Positions 27,137-37,448 of a stretch of 64,000 nt of DNA are shown here, one piece after another. The position numbers and the translations under genes are program-made. Under the pieces are notes generated by a model that did no database searches, was not told the DNA's origin, and was given only the letters and a program-made list of their open reading frames with translations. The stretch lies in UHGV virus genome UHGV-0084588; one strand, given 5' to 3'. The number at the start of each line of letters is the position of its first letter. Position 1 is the stretch's first letter. This DNA is from a virus.

Positions 27137-29374
27137 ATGAAAACGCCAGTAGAGCTAATGAGCAGTGTGGCTGACCGTGAGATTAATATCACCGAAGTAT
27201 CAGGTGCAAGGGCATCGATGGTAGGCAACCATATGAAGTCTGCGGTCCCTATCGACAATCCTGAACCATCGCCACATTTTACAGGGGCAGATATAAACTA
27301 CCACGATTTTCTGTTCAATGACGTTGTAGAAGATCCCGGTAGCATCTGCCACTATATGACCAAAGACGGTCGTCAGCGCCGTGCGACATTTACACGTTAT
27401 GGTCGTCGTGGGGATTCTAAAGCGTTGGAACATGCTATCTTCTTCCGCCGTGCAGAAATGAAGGGCGGTAAAACCATGATAGATGTGTTGGAGATTAACT
27501 TCTATACTAACCACGACAACATCTTCTCATCTGAGAAACGTGAGTCGATGAAACTGCGTAGTATTTTACGTGGTGAAACCGATCAGTTGGAAAAGGATGA
27601 AATTCTTACAACAATGTCGTGTATGGTGGAAGGTGAGTACGCTGATAGCGTCGTGCTACCAACCGTTACGATTTCGCATCCTGATATTATCGAGGATTCT
27701 TACACCATCTCTGAGTACGCCGCCCAAAAGCTCCACGGCTACGGTTTGAAAATCGTTGAAAAGACGCTACGCGAAGACGAGTTTTTACTGGATACTTACG
27801 GTTATATCGATCCGAATGGTAATCGTGTCCCACGCTATTTCCCGGATGTGGGGGAAGCTATTCGTGATGATGGGCTGGTCATTGCATCACGTCGTTTCGA
27901 TGAGCTTTACGGTGCGATTGATGCGTCGCTTGGGGAAACCCAACACGTCTCCCCGTTCTTTGATAGTTGCGAATATGTGGATGCCGATCCCGTCCATTAT
28001 AAAGCACGCCTTGCGGGCGACAAAGAACTGATGGAGAGTAGCGGTACACGCATCGTCGATATCCAGGTGTGGCGTGATGAAACGTCTTGCGCGAATGGTA
28101 CCAACAATATTTCTTGTACCGAAGAGAACAAACGAGAACTGGATAAATACGCATTAGCATTGAAAGACTATTACAATGCCATTGTACGTTTCTATTTCTC
28201 GATGTCTCGTGACAAAAATATTATCTGGTCACCGAAGGCGTGTGTGCTGTTGGAAAAAGCCTTCGCTTCCGAAACGTACGAAGTCTATCACGAGTTTCGT
28301 GAAGAGATTCGCGTAGTGATTGATGAAGCGATTCGTCGTGGTGAATATGGTAAAGAAAATGTCAGTCAGCAAATTCTTTCTAAGTTGACCGCACCAGTAC
28401 AGCGTGGACTCAGCGATCCCATCAACACGTATACCATTCGTATTGCTGTTCGTTATCCGATCCCGGTAACGGTGTCGTCTAAGATTACTGACCGTTCGGG
28501 TACGAAAGGGATTGTTGGACGCGTGTTACCCGTTGAACAGATGCCGATTAACGAATTCGGTGAACGTGTTCACGTTTTACGTTCGATGAACGCTGTAATT
28601 CGTCGCTCGACTTATGCAGCACTATTCCACATGTATTGGTCAGCTGCGTCTGAGCAGTTGAAGATGCGTCTTAAACCAATGCTGGACGAAGGCCGTATCA
28701 GTGAATGTTGGGAAATCCTGATGGATTATCTGTCACGTTATAATCCTGAATGGGCCAACACACTACAGGTAACACATCCTACGGAGGATTTACAACGCGA
28801 ACTCTTTAAAGAGATTTACGATTTTACAATACGTATTTACTTGCCACATGAACTTGACGACACGCCAGTCGATATCAGTGAACGGTTGGGTGAATTTAAA
28901 CCACGTAAATCAAAACTTCTACTTACTAACTTCGACGGTAAGCAGGAATGGACAAAAGATGAATTTTACGTAGGTGGTGTGGAAACATTGCGTCTGGATA
29001 AAACAGGTCGTGAGTTTTCCAGTATCTCGTCAATGTATCTGAATTATCTGGGTACGATAGACGCATCTAACCAAGGTCGTGGCTCGTATCCGATAAACTA
29101 TAAAACGCTAAAATGGGCTGGTCCTTCGGAAGAACGACTGTTAGCGGGTTATGGTCCAGGTAACTACGAAGAAGTTCACGATAGGGCAAATAACCCTGCG
29201 GTACATCGTGAGATTTTAGTAGGGCTTTATCGATCTCAAACCCCATCTAATCCGGGTCCATTAGTAGACCGGAATAAATTCCCGTTAGGGGATTCGCAGA
29301 TTGACAGGATGATGAAAAACATCCACAACTGTGAAGGGTTTGAATTGGTGAAAATGAAAAGGGGCGATGAATAA
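27137..29374 (+). CDS. RNA polymerase beta-like subunit, C-terminal fragment
   Basis: ARASMVGNHMKSAVP matches ANRALMGANMQRQAVP; IIEDSYTISE matches YNFEDSILVSE; GTRIVDIQVWRDE matches GTVIDVQVFTRDG; DRSGTKGIVGRVLPVEQMP...SMN matches GRHGNKGVISKINPIEDMP...SRMN. Confidence 0.75.
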   Translation: MKTPVELMSSVADREINITEVSGARASMVGNHMKSAVPIDNPEPSPHFTGADINYHDFLFNDVVEDPGSICHYMTKDGRQRRATFTRYGRRGDSKALEHAIFFRRAEMKGGKTMIDVLEINFYTNHDNIFSSEKRESMKLRSILRGETDQLEKDEILTTMSCMVEGEYADSVVLPTVTISHPDIIEDSYTISEYAAQKLHGYGLKIVEKTLREDEFLLDTYGYIDPNGNRVPRYFPDVGEAIRDDGLVIASRRFDELYGAIDASLGETQHVSPFFDSCEYVDADPVHYKARLAGDKELMESSGTRIVDIQVWRDETSCANGTNNISCTEENKRELDKYALALKDYYNAIVRFYFSMSRDKNIIWSPKACVLLEKAFASETYEVYHEFREEIRVVIDEAIRRGEYGKENVSQQILSKLTAPVQRGLSDPINTYTIRIAVRYPIPVTVSSKITDRSGTKGIVGRVLPVEQMPINEFGERVHVLRSMNAVIRRSTYAALFHMYWSAASEQLKMRLKPMLDEGRISECWEILMDYLSRYNPEWANTLQVTHPTEDLQRELFKEIYDFTIRIYLPHELDDTPVDISERLGEFKPRKSKLLLTNFDGKQEWTKDEFYVGGVETLRLDKTGREFSSISSMYLNYLGTIDASNQGRGSYPINYKTLKWAGPSEERLLAGYGPGNYEEVHDRANNPAVHREILVGLYRSQTPSNPGPLVDRNKFPLGDSQIDRMMKNIHNCEGFELVKMKRGDE

Positions 29375-31473
29375 TGAAGGGCACTCCAGTTCACGTGCGT
29401 GATCTGTGTAAACTGAACTCGGATCAGGTGTGGCTATTGCGCGGCAGATATGAAGTGACGTTTGATGACGGGGTAACCTTAAACATGTCAGGACGTCACA
29501 TTAAAATCAGTTGGCCTTATTGGGGGCTAACACGATTTTATCCGCAGATCCCAATCAGTTCGCAAATGGCGTATAAACATGGCGATACCGCTACAGACGA
29601 CGCACATCTGAAGTTTATGTCATTGGCAGCTGTAGCGGCTCGTAAAGCGGGTGTGGATTTAGCAGACACCCGTTATTTATTACAGCAGCACGTTTATGCG
29701 GATGCGTTTAATTTATCGGTGAAAAATCTGTTATCGTATTGCGTCACGATTGACTACGATACGATGATGGAAATTTACCAACACCGAAACTTTACGCAGA
29801 TTCATCAGTGGGCACAAATGTATCCTACTGGGTACGACGAAGAAGGTCGGGATATGGTTGAGGAAGCGTATCTTCTTATCGAAGATATCTTCAAAGACCC
29901 ACAACTTTGTTTAAACCCCGTGGTGATGTCGGTCTTGGATAAGACCATCAAAATGAACCAGGTTCTTCAGGCGTATATACGCGGGAAAACATCGGAGATT
30001 GATTCTCGTGTTTATTCTAACCAGGTATGGGAAGGTTTCTTCACGGGCCTACATTCTGTAATTAGCCGTCTGAAAGAAGCAGGTGCAACGTCACGTTCTC
30101 ACCTGTATAACACCGATAAAATCGCTGATGCGGAATATGCGTCACGTAAGCTACAGTTAGCAGCTAACGTGTTAATGTATTTCGAATACGACGATTGTGG
30201 TACGCATCACGTTCATCGTCACACGTTTACAGAAAGTAAACTGGAGCGTAAGAAGTACGATGCGATGGTGGGAATGCGTTATCGTTTTGAAGGTGTGGGT
30301 GGCCCGTGGCTACGATTCGAGAAAGGGGAGTTTGAGAAAGTCTTAGGCAAACCTATTGAGTTTCGTACCGCGATGTGTTGTAAGGGGATGGCACGTCAAA
30401 GCATTTGTGCAACCTGCATGGGTGATTTGATTTATAACCTTTCGCCGGGAACGTCCCCAGGTCACTTGGCCTCAACCTCGATATCTGAAAAGGGTACACA
30501 GGGGATTCTCTCAACGAAACACTTGGACTTCTTACGCTATCTGCTGAATCTGGTGCTGACTCCAAGAATGCGGGATTATCTTGGTGAGTATAAACACAAC
30601 TCCGTAAAAGGATTGAGTTTACGGGAGAAACCGCAGTACGGTAATTGGGATGAATACCAACTCGTTATTTCTGATGAAGTTTATTCTGAAATCAGCCAAA
30701 TCGCGTATCATGACGATTTGGAAGTGATCGACGAAACGGCATTGCCGGAGATTAACGAACTGACCTTTTTGCGGTTGGATGAAGCTGGGAATGTGTTGGC
30801 TGAAGATCCCATTGACGTCCGTATGGGGGTTTGTGGTAACTTCTCGAAAGCCTTCTTGCATTTCTTCTTGAAGCAGCGTGATAACATTACATTCCCGTCG
30901 AAGAAACTGGTACGGATTCCCCTGAAAGGATGGAAACCGAGTTGGCCGATACTAATTTATACGAATCGGTCTGAATCTATGGCGGAGTTTGTAGCAGGGT
31001 TAGAATTGAAACTTCGTTCGGTTGCGTCTGATAAATCGGATACTTTCGAACAGTTCTCTGATGACTCAATGCGTTTGAGCAAGAAGTCGGGTAAGGTAAA
31101 ACCAACGACACTGGTTCAGATGCGCGGTGCTACGGAGAAACAATGTACGCACGCGTTATTTGATGTGTTTAAATATATCCAACGTAAGCTCGGTGGTATT
31201 CCGATGACACACATCGCGATTATGCTGGCGATATCACGCGTTGAATCACCGACCAATCCTTTCCCGGCGGTTGGGTTTGATAGTGAAGATGCTGATGTGA
31301 TGGATGGCAAACGTTTCGAGGATCACAACACGTTGATTGCGATGCGTTCAGCTGTACCGATGTTGTTATTCGAAGGCCAACAGAAAAACCTGGACAACGT
31401 GCGTTTCTACACGTCGCGTAAACGTCCGGCGTCGTTATACGACAATACGGTGGCCGCGACTATCATTGAGTAA
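29374..31473 (+). CDS. RNA polymerase beta-prime-like subunit, C-terminal fragment
   Basis: FEYDDCGTHH matches VTEDDCGTHEG; CATCMGDL...SISEKGTQGILSTKHL matches CAHCYGRDL...SIGEPGTQLTMRTFH; TAATG overlap with the beta gene. Confidence 0.7.
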   Translation: MKGTPVHVRDLCKLNSDQVWLLRGRYEVTFDDGVTLNMSGRHIKISWPYWGLTRFYPQIPISSQMAYKHGDTATDDAHLKFMSLAAVAARKAGVDLADTRYLLQQHVYADAFNLSVKNLLSYCVTIDYDTMMEIYQHRNFTQIHQWAQMYPTGYDEEGRDMVEEAYLLIEDIFKDPQLCLNPVVMSVLDKTIKMNQVLQAYIRGKTSEIDSRVYSNQVWEGFFTGLHSVISRLKEAGATSRSHLYNTDKIADAEYASRKLQLAANVLMYFEYDDCGTHHVHRHTFTESKLERKKYDAMVGMRYRFEGVGGPWLRFEKGEFEKVLGKPIEFRTAMCCKGMARQSICATCMGDLIYNLSPGTSPGHLASTSISEKGTQGILSTKHLDFLRYLLNLVLTPRMRDYLGEYKHNSVKGLSLREKPQYGNWDEYQLVISDEVYSEISQIAYHDDLEVIDETALPEINELTFLRLDEAGNVLAEDPIDVRMGVCGNFSKAFLHFFLKQRDNITFPSKKLVRIPLKGWKPSWPILIYTNRSESMAEFVAGLELKLRSVASDKSDTFEQFSDDSMRLSKKSGKVKPTTLVQMRGATEKQCTHALFDVFKYIQRKLGGIPMTHIAIMLAISRVESPTNPFPAVGFDSEDADVMDGKRFEDHNTLIAMRSAVPMLLFEGQQKNLDNVRFYTSRKRPASLYDNTVAATIIE

Positions 31474-31475
31474 AC

Positions 31476-31503
31476 GAGAGGGGCCTGCGCCCCTCTTTTT
31501 TTG
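31476..31503 (+). terminator. rho-independent terminator
   Basis: hairpin gagaggggc-ctgc-gcccctct followed by T-run. Confidence 0.7.
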
Positions 31504-31515
31504 TAAGAGGGGAGC

Positions 31516-33225
31516 ATGTACGAATTCCACATGACCTTTACGAGTATGGGCGTGAGGGTCGAAGTCCCTTGTCGGCCCATAGAGTCGGCAATTTTAAAGT
31601 GGGCAGAAGAGAATATGCACGCCCCGAAAATGGGCAAACAATACGGAAGAATCATCACCGAACGTGGCGATCCGTATTACGCACATATTCCTTCTATCCG
31701 TACCTTTATATTCCACCGGAATTTTTCCGAACGTTTACGAATCATTATTAACCGAACGGCCGCTGAGTTTGCAATTGACTTCAAACTCTACGAGCACCAC
31801 TTAACCCAGGGAACACCTTACCGTTGTACGTTTGAAAACTATGGCTTTAAGATGATAGAAGAAGATGAATCGTCGCGCTTCTTTTATCAGAACGGCGTTG
31901 TAGAAACGGCGTGCCAGCCGAACCGGCTGCAAACCATCTTTGAGATTGGTACAGGGATGGGTAAGTCGAAGACGAACATGAAAGTGATGGTTCGTAAAGG
32001 GGTAAGAACGTTATTGATCCATCGACCCACGTACATTTCTAAATGGTTATTCGACTTAACGGAAGATCCCACCGGACTTCGTGAATCGAAAGAAGACGTC
32101 TTGGTTATACAGGGCGTACAAGCGGTCTACGAAGCGCTAGAAATGGGTGAAAGTGGTGAGTTGGATAAACGTGGCATCAAAGTTATTATCGTCTCTACAG
32201 TGACGCTACAGCGGTTTTTGAAAGAGTATATCAATACCGCCGCGACTAATCCGGTGAATATCGACGATTTCTATAACACGTTAGGTGTTGGGTTTTTATC
32301 GATGGATGAAGTGCATGAACATTTCCACTTGGTGTACATGGCTGGAATTATGTTGAATCCGCCACCCTCTGTTGAAATGTCGGCTACACTCCAACCGGGT
32401 GAATCGAAAGCGTTCTTGGCAGAACGGTATAAAGAACGTTTCCCACAAGAGGCACGTATCACCATTCCGATTATTCCTGCGGTACACGTGAAAGCGTTGT
32501 ATTACCGGATTGAGAATAAACGGTTTGCGTGGTGGGCATCGAAAATGACCCCGTACAACCACAAACTATTTGAAGGGAAGTTGATTAGCGAAAACCTTCA
32601 TCAGTCGTACGCGGATATGGTCTGGGATGTAATAGAACGCACGTATCTGGCAGGGTATCAACCTGGTCAGAAAGTGTTGGTGTTGTTTGCAACTGTCGCG
32701 ATGTGCGAGTTCTTTACGGAGTATGTGCGAGAGAAGCTTGCACAATCCGATAAGTTCCACGCTTTGATGGTTGCGAAATATAACGCAGGAGATTCGTATG
32801 ACGACTTCATTCAAGCGGATTTCTCTATTTCAACACCAGGGAAAGCGGGTACTGCGGTTGACAAACCGGGGTTGGTTCACATGTACATTACCACCCCTGT
32901 GGAAGACCAGCAGTTAAACCGTCAGATGGCCGGACGCCCACGTAAGATCCTCCACAACGACTGGGGTGAACTCGATCCCGTTGTGTGGTTATTCCATTCT
33001 TACTCGATACCGAAGCATTGTAATTACTTGAATGCGCGTCAAAAATCACTGAGTGATTCTGTGTTGTCGTTTAAGATAGCCACCTCACCGTATATTGTAA
33101 GGAAAGCTGATGTTACTACCGCCGCAGCCAACAGAGCCAACCGCGCCGTATGCCGGTCTGAACTTAGCAAGTTTTCTCGAAAAAGTTTTAAAGGCGTATC
33201 CCGACGTTTTAGACGTCGTAAATAA
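31516..33225 (+). CDS. SF2 (DEAH-type) helicase/ATPase
   Basis: Walker A GTGMGKSKT, Walker B/motif II DEVH, motif III SAT, motif VI QMAGRPRK in canonical order; 3' end overlaps next ORF so true stop region is uncertain. Confidence 0.65.
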   Translation: MYEFHMTFTSMGVRVEVPCRPIESAILKWAEENMHAPKMGKQYGRIITERGDPYYAHIPSIRTFIFHRNFSERLRIIINRTAAEFAIDFKLYEHHLTQGTPYRCTFENYGFKMIEEDESSRFFYQNGVVETACQPNRLQTIFEIGTGMGKSKTNMKVMVRKGVRTLLIHRPTYISKWLFDLTEDPTGLRESKEDVLVIQGVQAVYEALEMGESGELDKRGIKVIIVSTVTLQRFLKEYINTAATNPVNIDDFYNTLGVGFLSMDEVHEHFHLVYMAGIMLNPPPSVEMSATLQPGESKAFLAERYKERFPQEARITIPIIPAVHVKALYYRIENKRFAWWASKMTPYNHKLFEGKLISENLHQSYADMVWDVIERTYLAGYQPGQKVLVLFATVAMCEFFTEYVREKLAQSDKFHALMVAKYNAGDSYDDFIQADFSISTPGKAGTAVDKPGLVHMYITTPVEDQQLNRQMAGRPRKILHNDWGELDPVVWLFHSYSIPKHCNYLNARQKSLSDSVLSFKIATSPYIVRKADVTTAAANRANRAVCRSELSKFSRKSFKGVSRRFRRRK

Positions 33226-33493
33226 ACTCTGCACTGATCCTGTAATGGGTGGCGCATTTCACTATTACATGGTGAATGAACACTTCGCAGGAATGCAGAT
33301 TTTCCAACGTGGTAAATGTTATTACATCACACGTAACTCCAGTATTCGTAATACCTCGTCTTATGAATTGTACAGCTGGGTTCTGTGGTCTGAAAACCCC
33401 GCAGGTAACGTAGACCAAAACCCGAAAGTGGCTTATCGGTTATACTCCGAGAAATGGCACAGTTGGGTAACCGTTCCTCATGATAACGGTTAA
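33110..33493 (+). CDS. hypothetical protein (127 aa)
   Basis: ATG with aagga RBS; overlaps the helicase 3' end by about 115 nt. Confidence 0.45.
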   Translation: MLLPPQPTEPTAPYAGLNLASFLEKVLKAYPDVLDVVNKLCTDPVMGGAFHYYMVNEHFAGMQIFQRGKCYYITRNSSIRNTSSYELYSWVLWSENPAGNVDQNPKVAYRLYSEKWHSWVTVPHDNG

Positions 33494-33504
33494 AAAGAAC
33501 AGAA

Positions 33505-33538
33505 CGGGTGTATAATGTGTACACCCTTTCTTTTTTTG
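33505..33538 (+). terminator. rho-independent terminator
   Basis: hairpin gggtgta-taatgt-gtacaccc followed by T-run. Confidence 0.65.
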
Positions 33539-33555
33539 CTAAAGGAATATAAAAA

Positions 33556-34128
33556 ATGTCACGTCGTAAAAAGAAACCCGCTTATAACCCACGTGCTCTG
33601 GCGAAGAAAACCCTTCGTGAAAGCGTGAAGAACGTGTATAAACTGGTCATTCTGTTCGAAGACCAAATGAAAATTTTGGCTGAGCGTATCGACAAAGAAC
33701 GCGAGATTCTGGACGCGCTGCAAGAACCAGAATATAAAGAATTTGCCATTAACGCGTTAGATGAAGCGAAAGCGGCTTTCGTGGGTCTGATGGCAGAGGG
33801 GAAAGAAAAGCTGGGTGCCAAATTGATTGCGATCGATGAAGTGGCAACCAAAACCAAAACGATGTTGGAAAGCACGAATTGGTCCAACGTCAAAGAGCAA
33901 TATGAACTGGATACTTTGCTGGTGACTAACCTGGAAACTGATGCGATGTTCCTGGGTAAAGATATCCAGGGTGCCGCGATTGAGATCTTGTCACTGTACA
34001 ATAGTCGCGCCGATTTCGTAAAACGTGCAATGCAGCAAGGTAGCACGTTCGCTGAAGCGTACGAACTTCTACAGCAGGCCGAGCAGGCTGTAAAACAACC
34101 AGACACCGTCGTTGAAGCAGAGGGTTAA
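33556..34128 (+). CDS. hypothetical coiled-coil protein (190 aa), basic N-terminus
   Basis: ATG with aaagga RBS; Lys/Glu/Ala-rich heptad-like sequence. Confidence 0.55.
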   Translation: MSRRKKKPAYNPRALAKKTLRESVKNVYKLVILFEDQMKILAERIDKEREILDALQEPEYKEFAINALDEAKAAFVGLMAEGKEKLGAKLIAIDEVATKTKTMLESTNWSNVKEQYELDTLLVTNLETDAMFLGKDIQGAAIEILSLYNSRADFVKRAMQQGSTFAEAYELLQQAEQAVKQPDTVVEAEG

Positions 34129-34131
34129 TTA

Positions 34132-36090
34132 ATGTCAGATACTTTAGACCAACGCCCAGGCAATGGGCGTCGTCGGGCTCAGGAAGACGCACCTCATGTC
34201 GTCGTGCCCGAGGTTGACTTGTCTACGATGTCCGCCGACGATGGGATTATGGCAATCAAGCGCAGTAATCCCCAATTTTCATTCGCTCAAGCAGAAGAGA
34301 TGTATCACAATCTCGTAAAAGCGAAACCTGCTGAAGAACCCGTTCTACCTAAACCGGTTTATGAAGAAGAACCTGCTCCGGTAGTGACAATTACCGAGCC
34401 TGAACCCGTTGTCGTTGAGCCAGTTATTCAGCAAACTGGTGCTGCCCCTGCCGCACACAAACCTGAGCCTGCGGTAGAAAAGAAAGTCGAAGAACCTTAC
34501 GTTCCTCAGGCGATTGAAGGTTCGCAGATTGCCGCTGATCACGAACCTGAAGCGTCACCGGCAGTGAAAGAACAACCGGCTGAACACCATGTGAATTTCG
34601 GTACGCAAGCACCGCACGAAGAGATCAGTGAATTGCCCGAAGACGACCCAGGTCGGGTTCTGACAGAGTTCAATACACTGATTGGTTTACGTGAAGACCC
34701 TAATCTCATCGGTAGCGAGCTGAAGAAATTCTTTTCCAGCGTTCCGCGTGGTAATGACGGTCGACTCCTGTTTAAATCGGAAGAACAGCGTGACCTGTAC
34801 GAGCGTTTGTATCGTGCATTGAACATGATGCCGCCGCGTTTACAAAACCAACAGCAAGCGTTCGATGGTGCATTGTCTCGTGAAGATACCGCCTGGGAAC
34901 AGCGTGTGCAGTTGCCGGGAATGTCTAAGCCGGTCGGCTTCATTACACCGCGTAACAGCCAGCACACTGGTGCTATTGCGGCACTTCGTCGTCGCCGTAA
35001 ATCAGGTATCCCTAACTGGGTATGGCTACCCGCAACAGGCATCTTTGTAGGTTTCCGTGCACCATTAGAACGCGAAATCTGCGATTTTGATATTCAGCTG
35101 ACCCTGGAAACTGCAAAAATCGGTATGCAGACTTACGGCCTGATGTTATCCGCGTCTTCAGGTATCTATTTAAGCCATATGGTTGAATTTGCGTTACGCT
35201 TCGTCACCGACTGCACGTTGGATTGCGAAGGGAACGACATGAAGACCGTGCTGTTGGATACTATCGATCTTGCGGATTATTGGCTGTTGCTGATTGGCGT
35301 GATGCAAGCGAAATATCCGGGTGGTTTGCCGTGGACGTTAATCTGTGGTCATGAGGGTTGCGGCTATCAGGAAGATATTCGCCTGAACCTGGCCCGTTGT
35401 ATCCGCATGGGTACGTCACTTTACACAGATATGCAGCGTAGCCTGTGGGCCCAGCAGCGTGGTAAAGAAGACGTTACGATCAGTCGTTTGGAACAACGTA
35501 AGTTTGTTGAAGAACATCTGAAAGATCCGTCTGCGACATTCGTAAGCGACGGCATTACCGTTAAATTCGGTCGTTCGACGTTAGGCAAGTTCTTTGACAA
35601 TACGGAACGTTGGGTCGAAGAGAACAACACCGCGTCCACATCTGCGTTGGCTGAGAAAGGTACCGAACGCGAGCGTGAAGATCATCTCCGTCTCATTACC
35701 GAAGCACGTCGCCTAACACGTTATGCGTATATGGTGGAATCCATTACAGTAACTGAAGAAGTTGTGCAGGACGATGAAGTTCGTGAGGTAAGCACCACAG
35801 AAACGGATACCGATAAGATTATCCAGATTCTGGAGGAGCTGTCTTCCGATCGTCATTATGTGTATGAGTTTGAGGCGGCTGCGGCGAACTATAACGAACG
35901 TAGTCGTTTGGCGGTGTTCGGATATATGGGACAGAAATGTCCGTCGTGCGGCAAAACGCATGAAGGCGAGAAAGAAGGCACTTACCGTGGTATCGTGACG
36001 ATCTCACCGGACCGCGTTTTTTTCGAGCTATCTCGAGTGGTGTCCGAGATTCAGCGGTATCTGAGGGATCAATACGCCGTTATTGGCTAG
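34132..36090 (+). CDS. hypothetical protein (652 aa) with Pro/Glu-rich low-complexity N-terminal region and C-terminal CxxC cluster
   Basis: PEPVVVEPV / EEPAPVV repeats; C-terminal CPSCGKTHEG. Confidence 0.55.
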   Translation: MSDTLDQRPGNGRRRAQEDAPHVVVPEVDLSTMSADDGIMAIKRSNPQFSFAQAEEMYHNLVKAKPAEEPVLPKPVYEEEPAPVVTITEPEPVVVEPVIQQTGAAPAAHKPEPAVEKKVEEPYVPQAIEGSQIAADHEPEASPAVKEQPAEHHVNFGTQAPHEEISELPEDDPGRVLTEFNTLIGLREDPNLIGSELKKFFSSVPRGNDGRLLFKSEEQRDLYERLYRALNMMPPRLQNQQQAFDGALSREDTAWEQRVQLPGMSKPVGFITPRNSQHTGAIAALRRRRKSGIPNWVWLPATGIFVGFRAPLEREICDFDIQLTLETAKIGMQTYGLMLSASSGIYLSHMVEFALRFVTDCTLDCEGNDMKTVLLDTIDLADYWLLLIGVMQAKYPGGLPWTLICGHEGCGYQEDIRLNLARCIRMGTSLYTDMQRSLWAQQRGKEDVTISRLEQRKFVEEHLKDPSATFVSDGITVKFGRSTLGKFFDNTERWVEENNTASTSALAEKGTEREREDHLRLITEARRLTRYAYMVESITVTEEVVQDDEVREVSTTETDTDKIIQILEELSSDRHYVYEFEAAAANYNERSRLAVFGYMGQKCPSCGKTHEGEKEGTYRGIVTISPDRVFFELSRVVSEIQRYLRDQYAVIG

Positions 36091-36206
36091 ACCCGAACGA
36101 GATTCCTTCGGATCACGTCATTAATACGCTTAAGCTTGATACCACCTCACTGTTCAAACAACGTAGCACGCGCCCGATAACTTATCAGGAAGCCCACGAT
36201 GAGCTT

Positions 36207-36512
36207 TTGGGTGCGTACGATTTATCGGTCGGACTAGATACCGGGACGAGACATGTTGGCTTATCAGATTTCGAAAACCCCGAATATGGGAGTTTGTATG
36301 AAATCTGGATGGAAGTGTATCTGCGCGAGCAGATAGGTGAGCATTTCAGAATGACCTTCGACGAGTGGTTAAATCGACCACGGTGGGAGATTTTGATGAT
36401 GCTCCGTGTGCTTAATCGTCGTAAAGCTGCGATTAAGAAAGTCATGAGTGACGTTACTGCCGGTGATCCAGAGCTACAAGGTTTGGAGAAAGAACTTAAG
36501 CTGAAAAATTAA
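36207..36512 (+). CDS. small hypothetical ORF, TTG start or later start; doubtful
   Basis: No ATG with good RBS at the 5' end. Confidence 0.3.
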   Translation: MGAYDLSVGLDTGTRHVGLSDFENPEYGSLYEIWMEVYLREQIGEHFRMTFDEWLNRPRWEILMMLRVLNRRKAAIKKVMSDVTAGDPELQGLEKELKLKN

Positions 36513-36514
36513 GT

Positions 36515-36558
36515 ATAAGGGAGTCGTAAAGACTCCCTTAGCTTTTTCTTTTTTTTTC
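36515..36558 (+). terminator. rho-independent terminator
   Basis: hairpin taagggagtc-gtaaa-gactccctta followed by a long T-run. Confidence 0.7.
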
Positions 36559-36593
36559 GCTTTTGGTATGAACCCCTTGTATTGGAAAAGGCT

Positions 36594-37448
36594 ATGATTG
36601 ACATTTATACCGATTACGCCGCCGTTCTTACCGTCAATCGTGCGGAAGAACGTGCTGCGCCTTTCCTGGACTTAGTAACGCTGTGCATGGATTACGGTTA
36701 CGATGTTGCGTTAAGCGATGTGTATTGGCAACCGTCGTCTGATCCTGCCGACGAAACCGTAAGACTGGAAGGGATTATTGTAAAATGCGCAGTGGCGTTA
36801 GGTAACCGTTTAGGCGTTGCTTTAAACCCACAAGAAGTTTTCCGTAAACCGAAAGAGACCGTACGTATTCTAGACGGCATTACGTCTAAATTCGAAGAGT
36901 TCGAAGACACCGATACGTTATACGGTCTTGTGATGTCTGGAGAAACGCCAGAGTTTATCCTGGAAAGTATCTGCCGTTACGTGTACGGTGACGATAATAT
37001 CCATTTTGAAGATTTGGTCATTCGTGTTTCACCCCGTGTAATGACAGTGATGCGTAATTATCTCTCAGCTATGGTTGTGGATGAGCAACTCGCTGTAGGT
37101 AACGATGTACGTCTGACGCGTATTGCAGAATACTTGCGTCTTTATCCGCAAAATCCCTCTGCGTTCGTATTCTTAAACTTACCTGAAGATCCTGATTTGA
37201 CGGTTGTCCAACAATCGTTAGTCTTTGACGTCGAGGATTACAGCGAAACAGAATTGCTCGAGATGTATACGGTAGGACTTTCGATTATCGATAACGATGA
37301 CTTCGATGACGCGTATGCTGATCTTTCGACGAACTTAGAGAAACTTAATAATGATGGGTTACAACCCATTACTGTTTTACAACCTGCTTTAAAAAGCCTA
37401 CGGGTGATTTATCGGGTTGAGGAGGCAGAGCACGATGACGAGGTTTGA
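36594..37448 (+). CDS. hypothetical protein (about 284 aa)
   Basis: ATG at 36594 with ggaaaagg RBS (ORF track begins at TTG 36582). Confidence 0.5.
   Translation: MIDIYTDYAAVLTVNRAEERAAPFLDLVTLCMDYGYDVALSDVYWQPSSDPADETVRLEGIIVKCAVALGNRLGVALNPQEVFRKPKETVRILDGITSKFEEFEDTDTLYGLVMSGETPEFILESICRYVYGDDNIHFEDLVIRVSPRVMTVMRNYLSAMVVDEQLAVGNDVRLTRIAEYLRLYPQNPSAFVFLNLPEDPDLTVVQQSLVFDVEDYSETELLEMYTVGLSIIDNDDFDDAYADLSTNLEKLNNDGLQPITVLQPALKSLRVIYRVEEAEHDDEV

Noticed and set aside
33582-34106. 174-aa minus-strand ORF opposite gene 33556-34128
   Set aside because: Antisense to a gene with a good RBS and terminator context; Ser/Ala/Cys-rich artefact-like composition.
34132-36090. C-terminal CPSCGKTHEG...RGIVTISP as another RNAP beta-prime N-terminal fragment
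   Set aside because: Only one short block resembles beta-prime; the zinc-ribbon spacing and surrounding sequence do not align with the beta-prime N-terminus.
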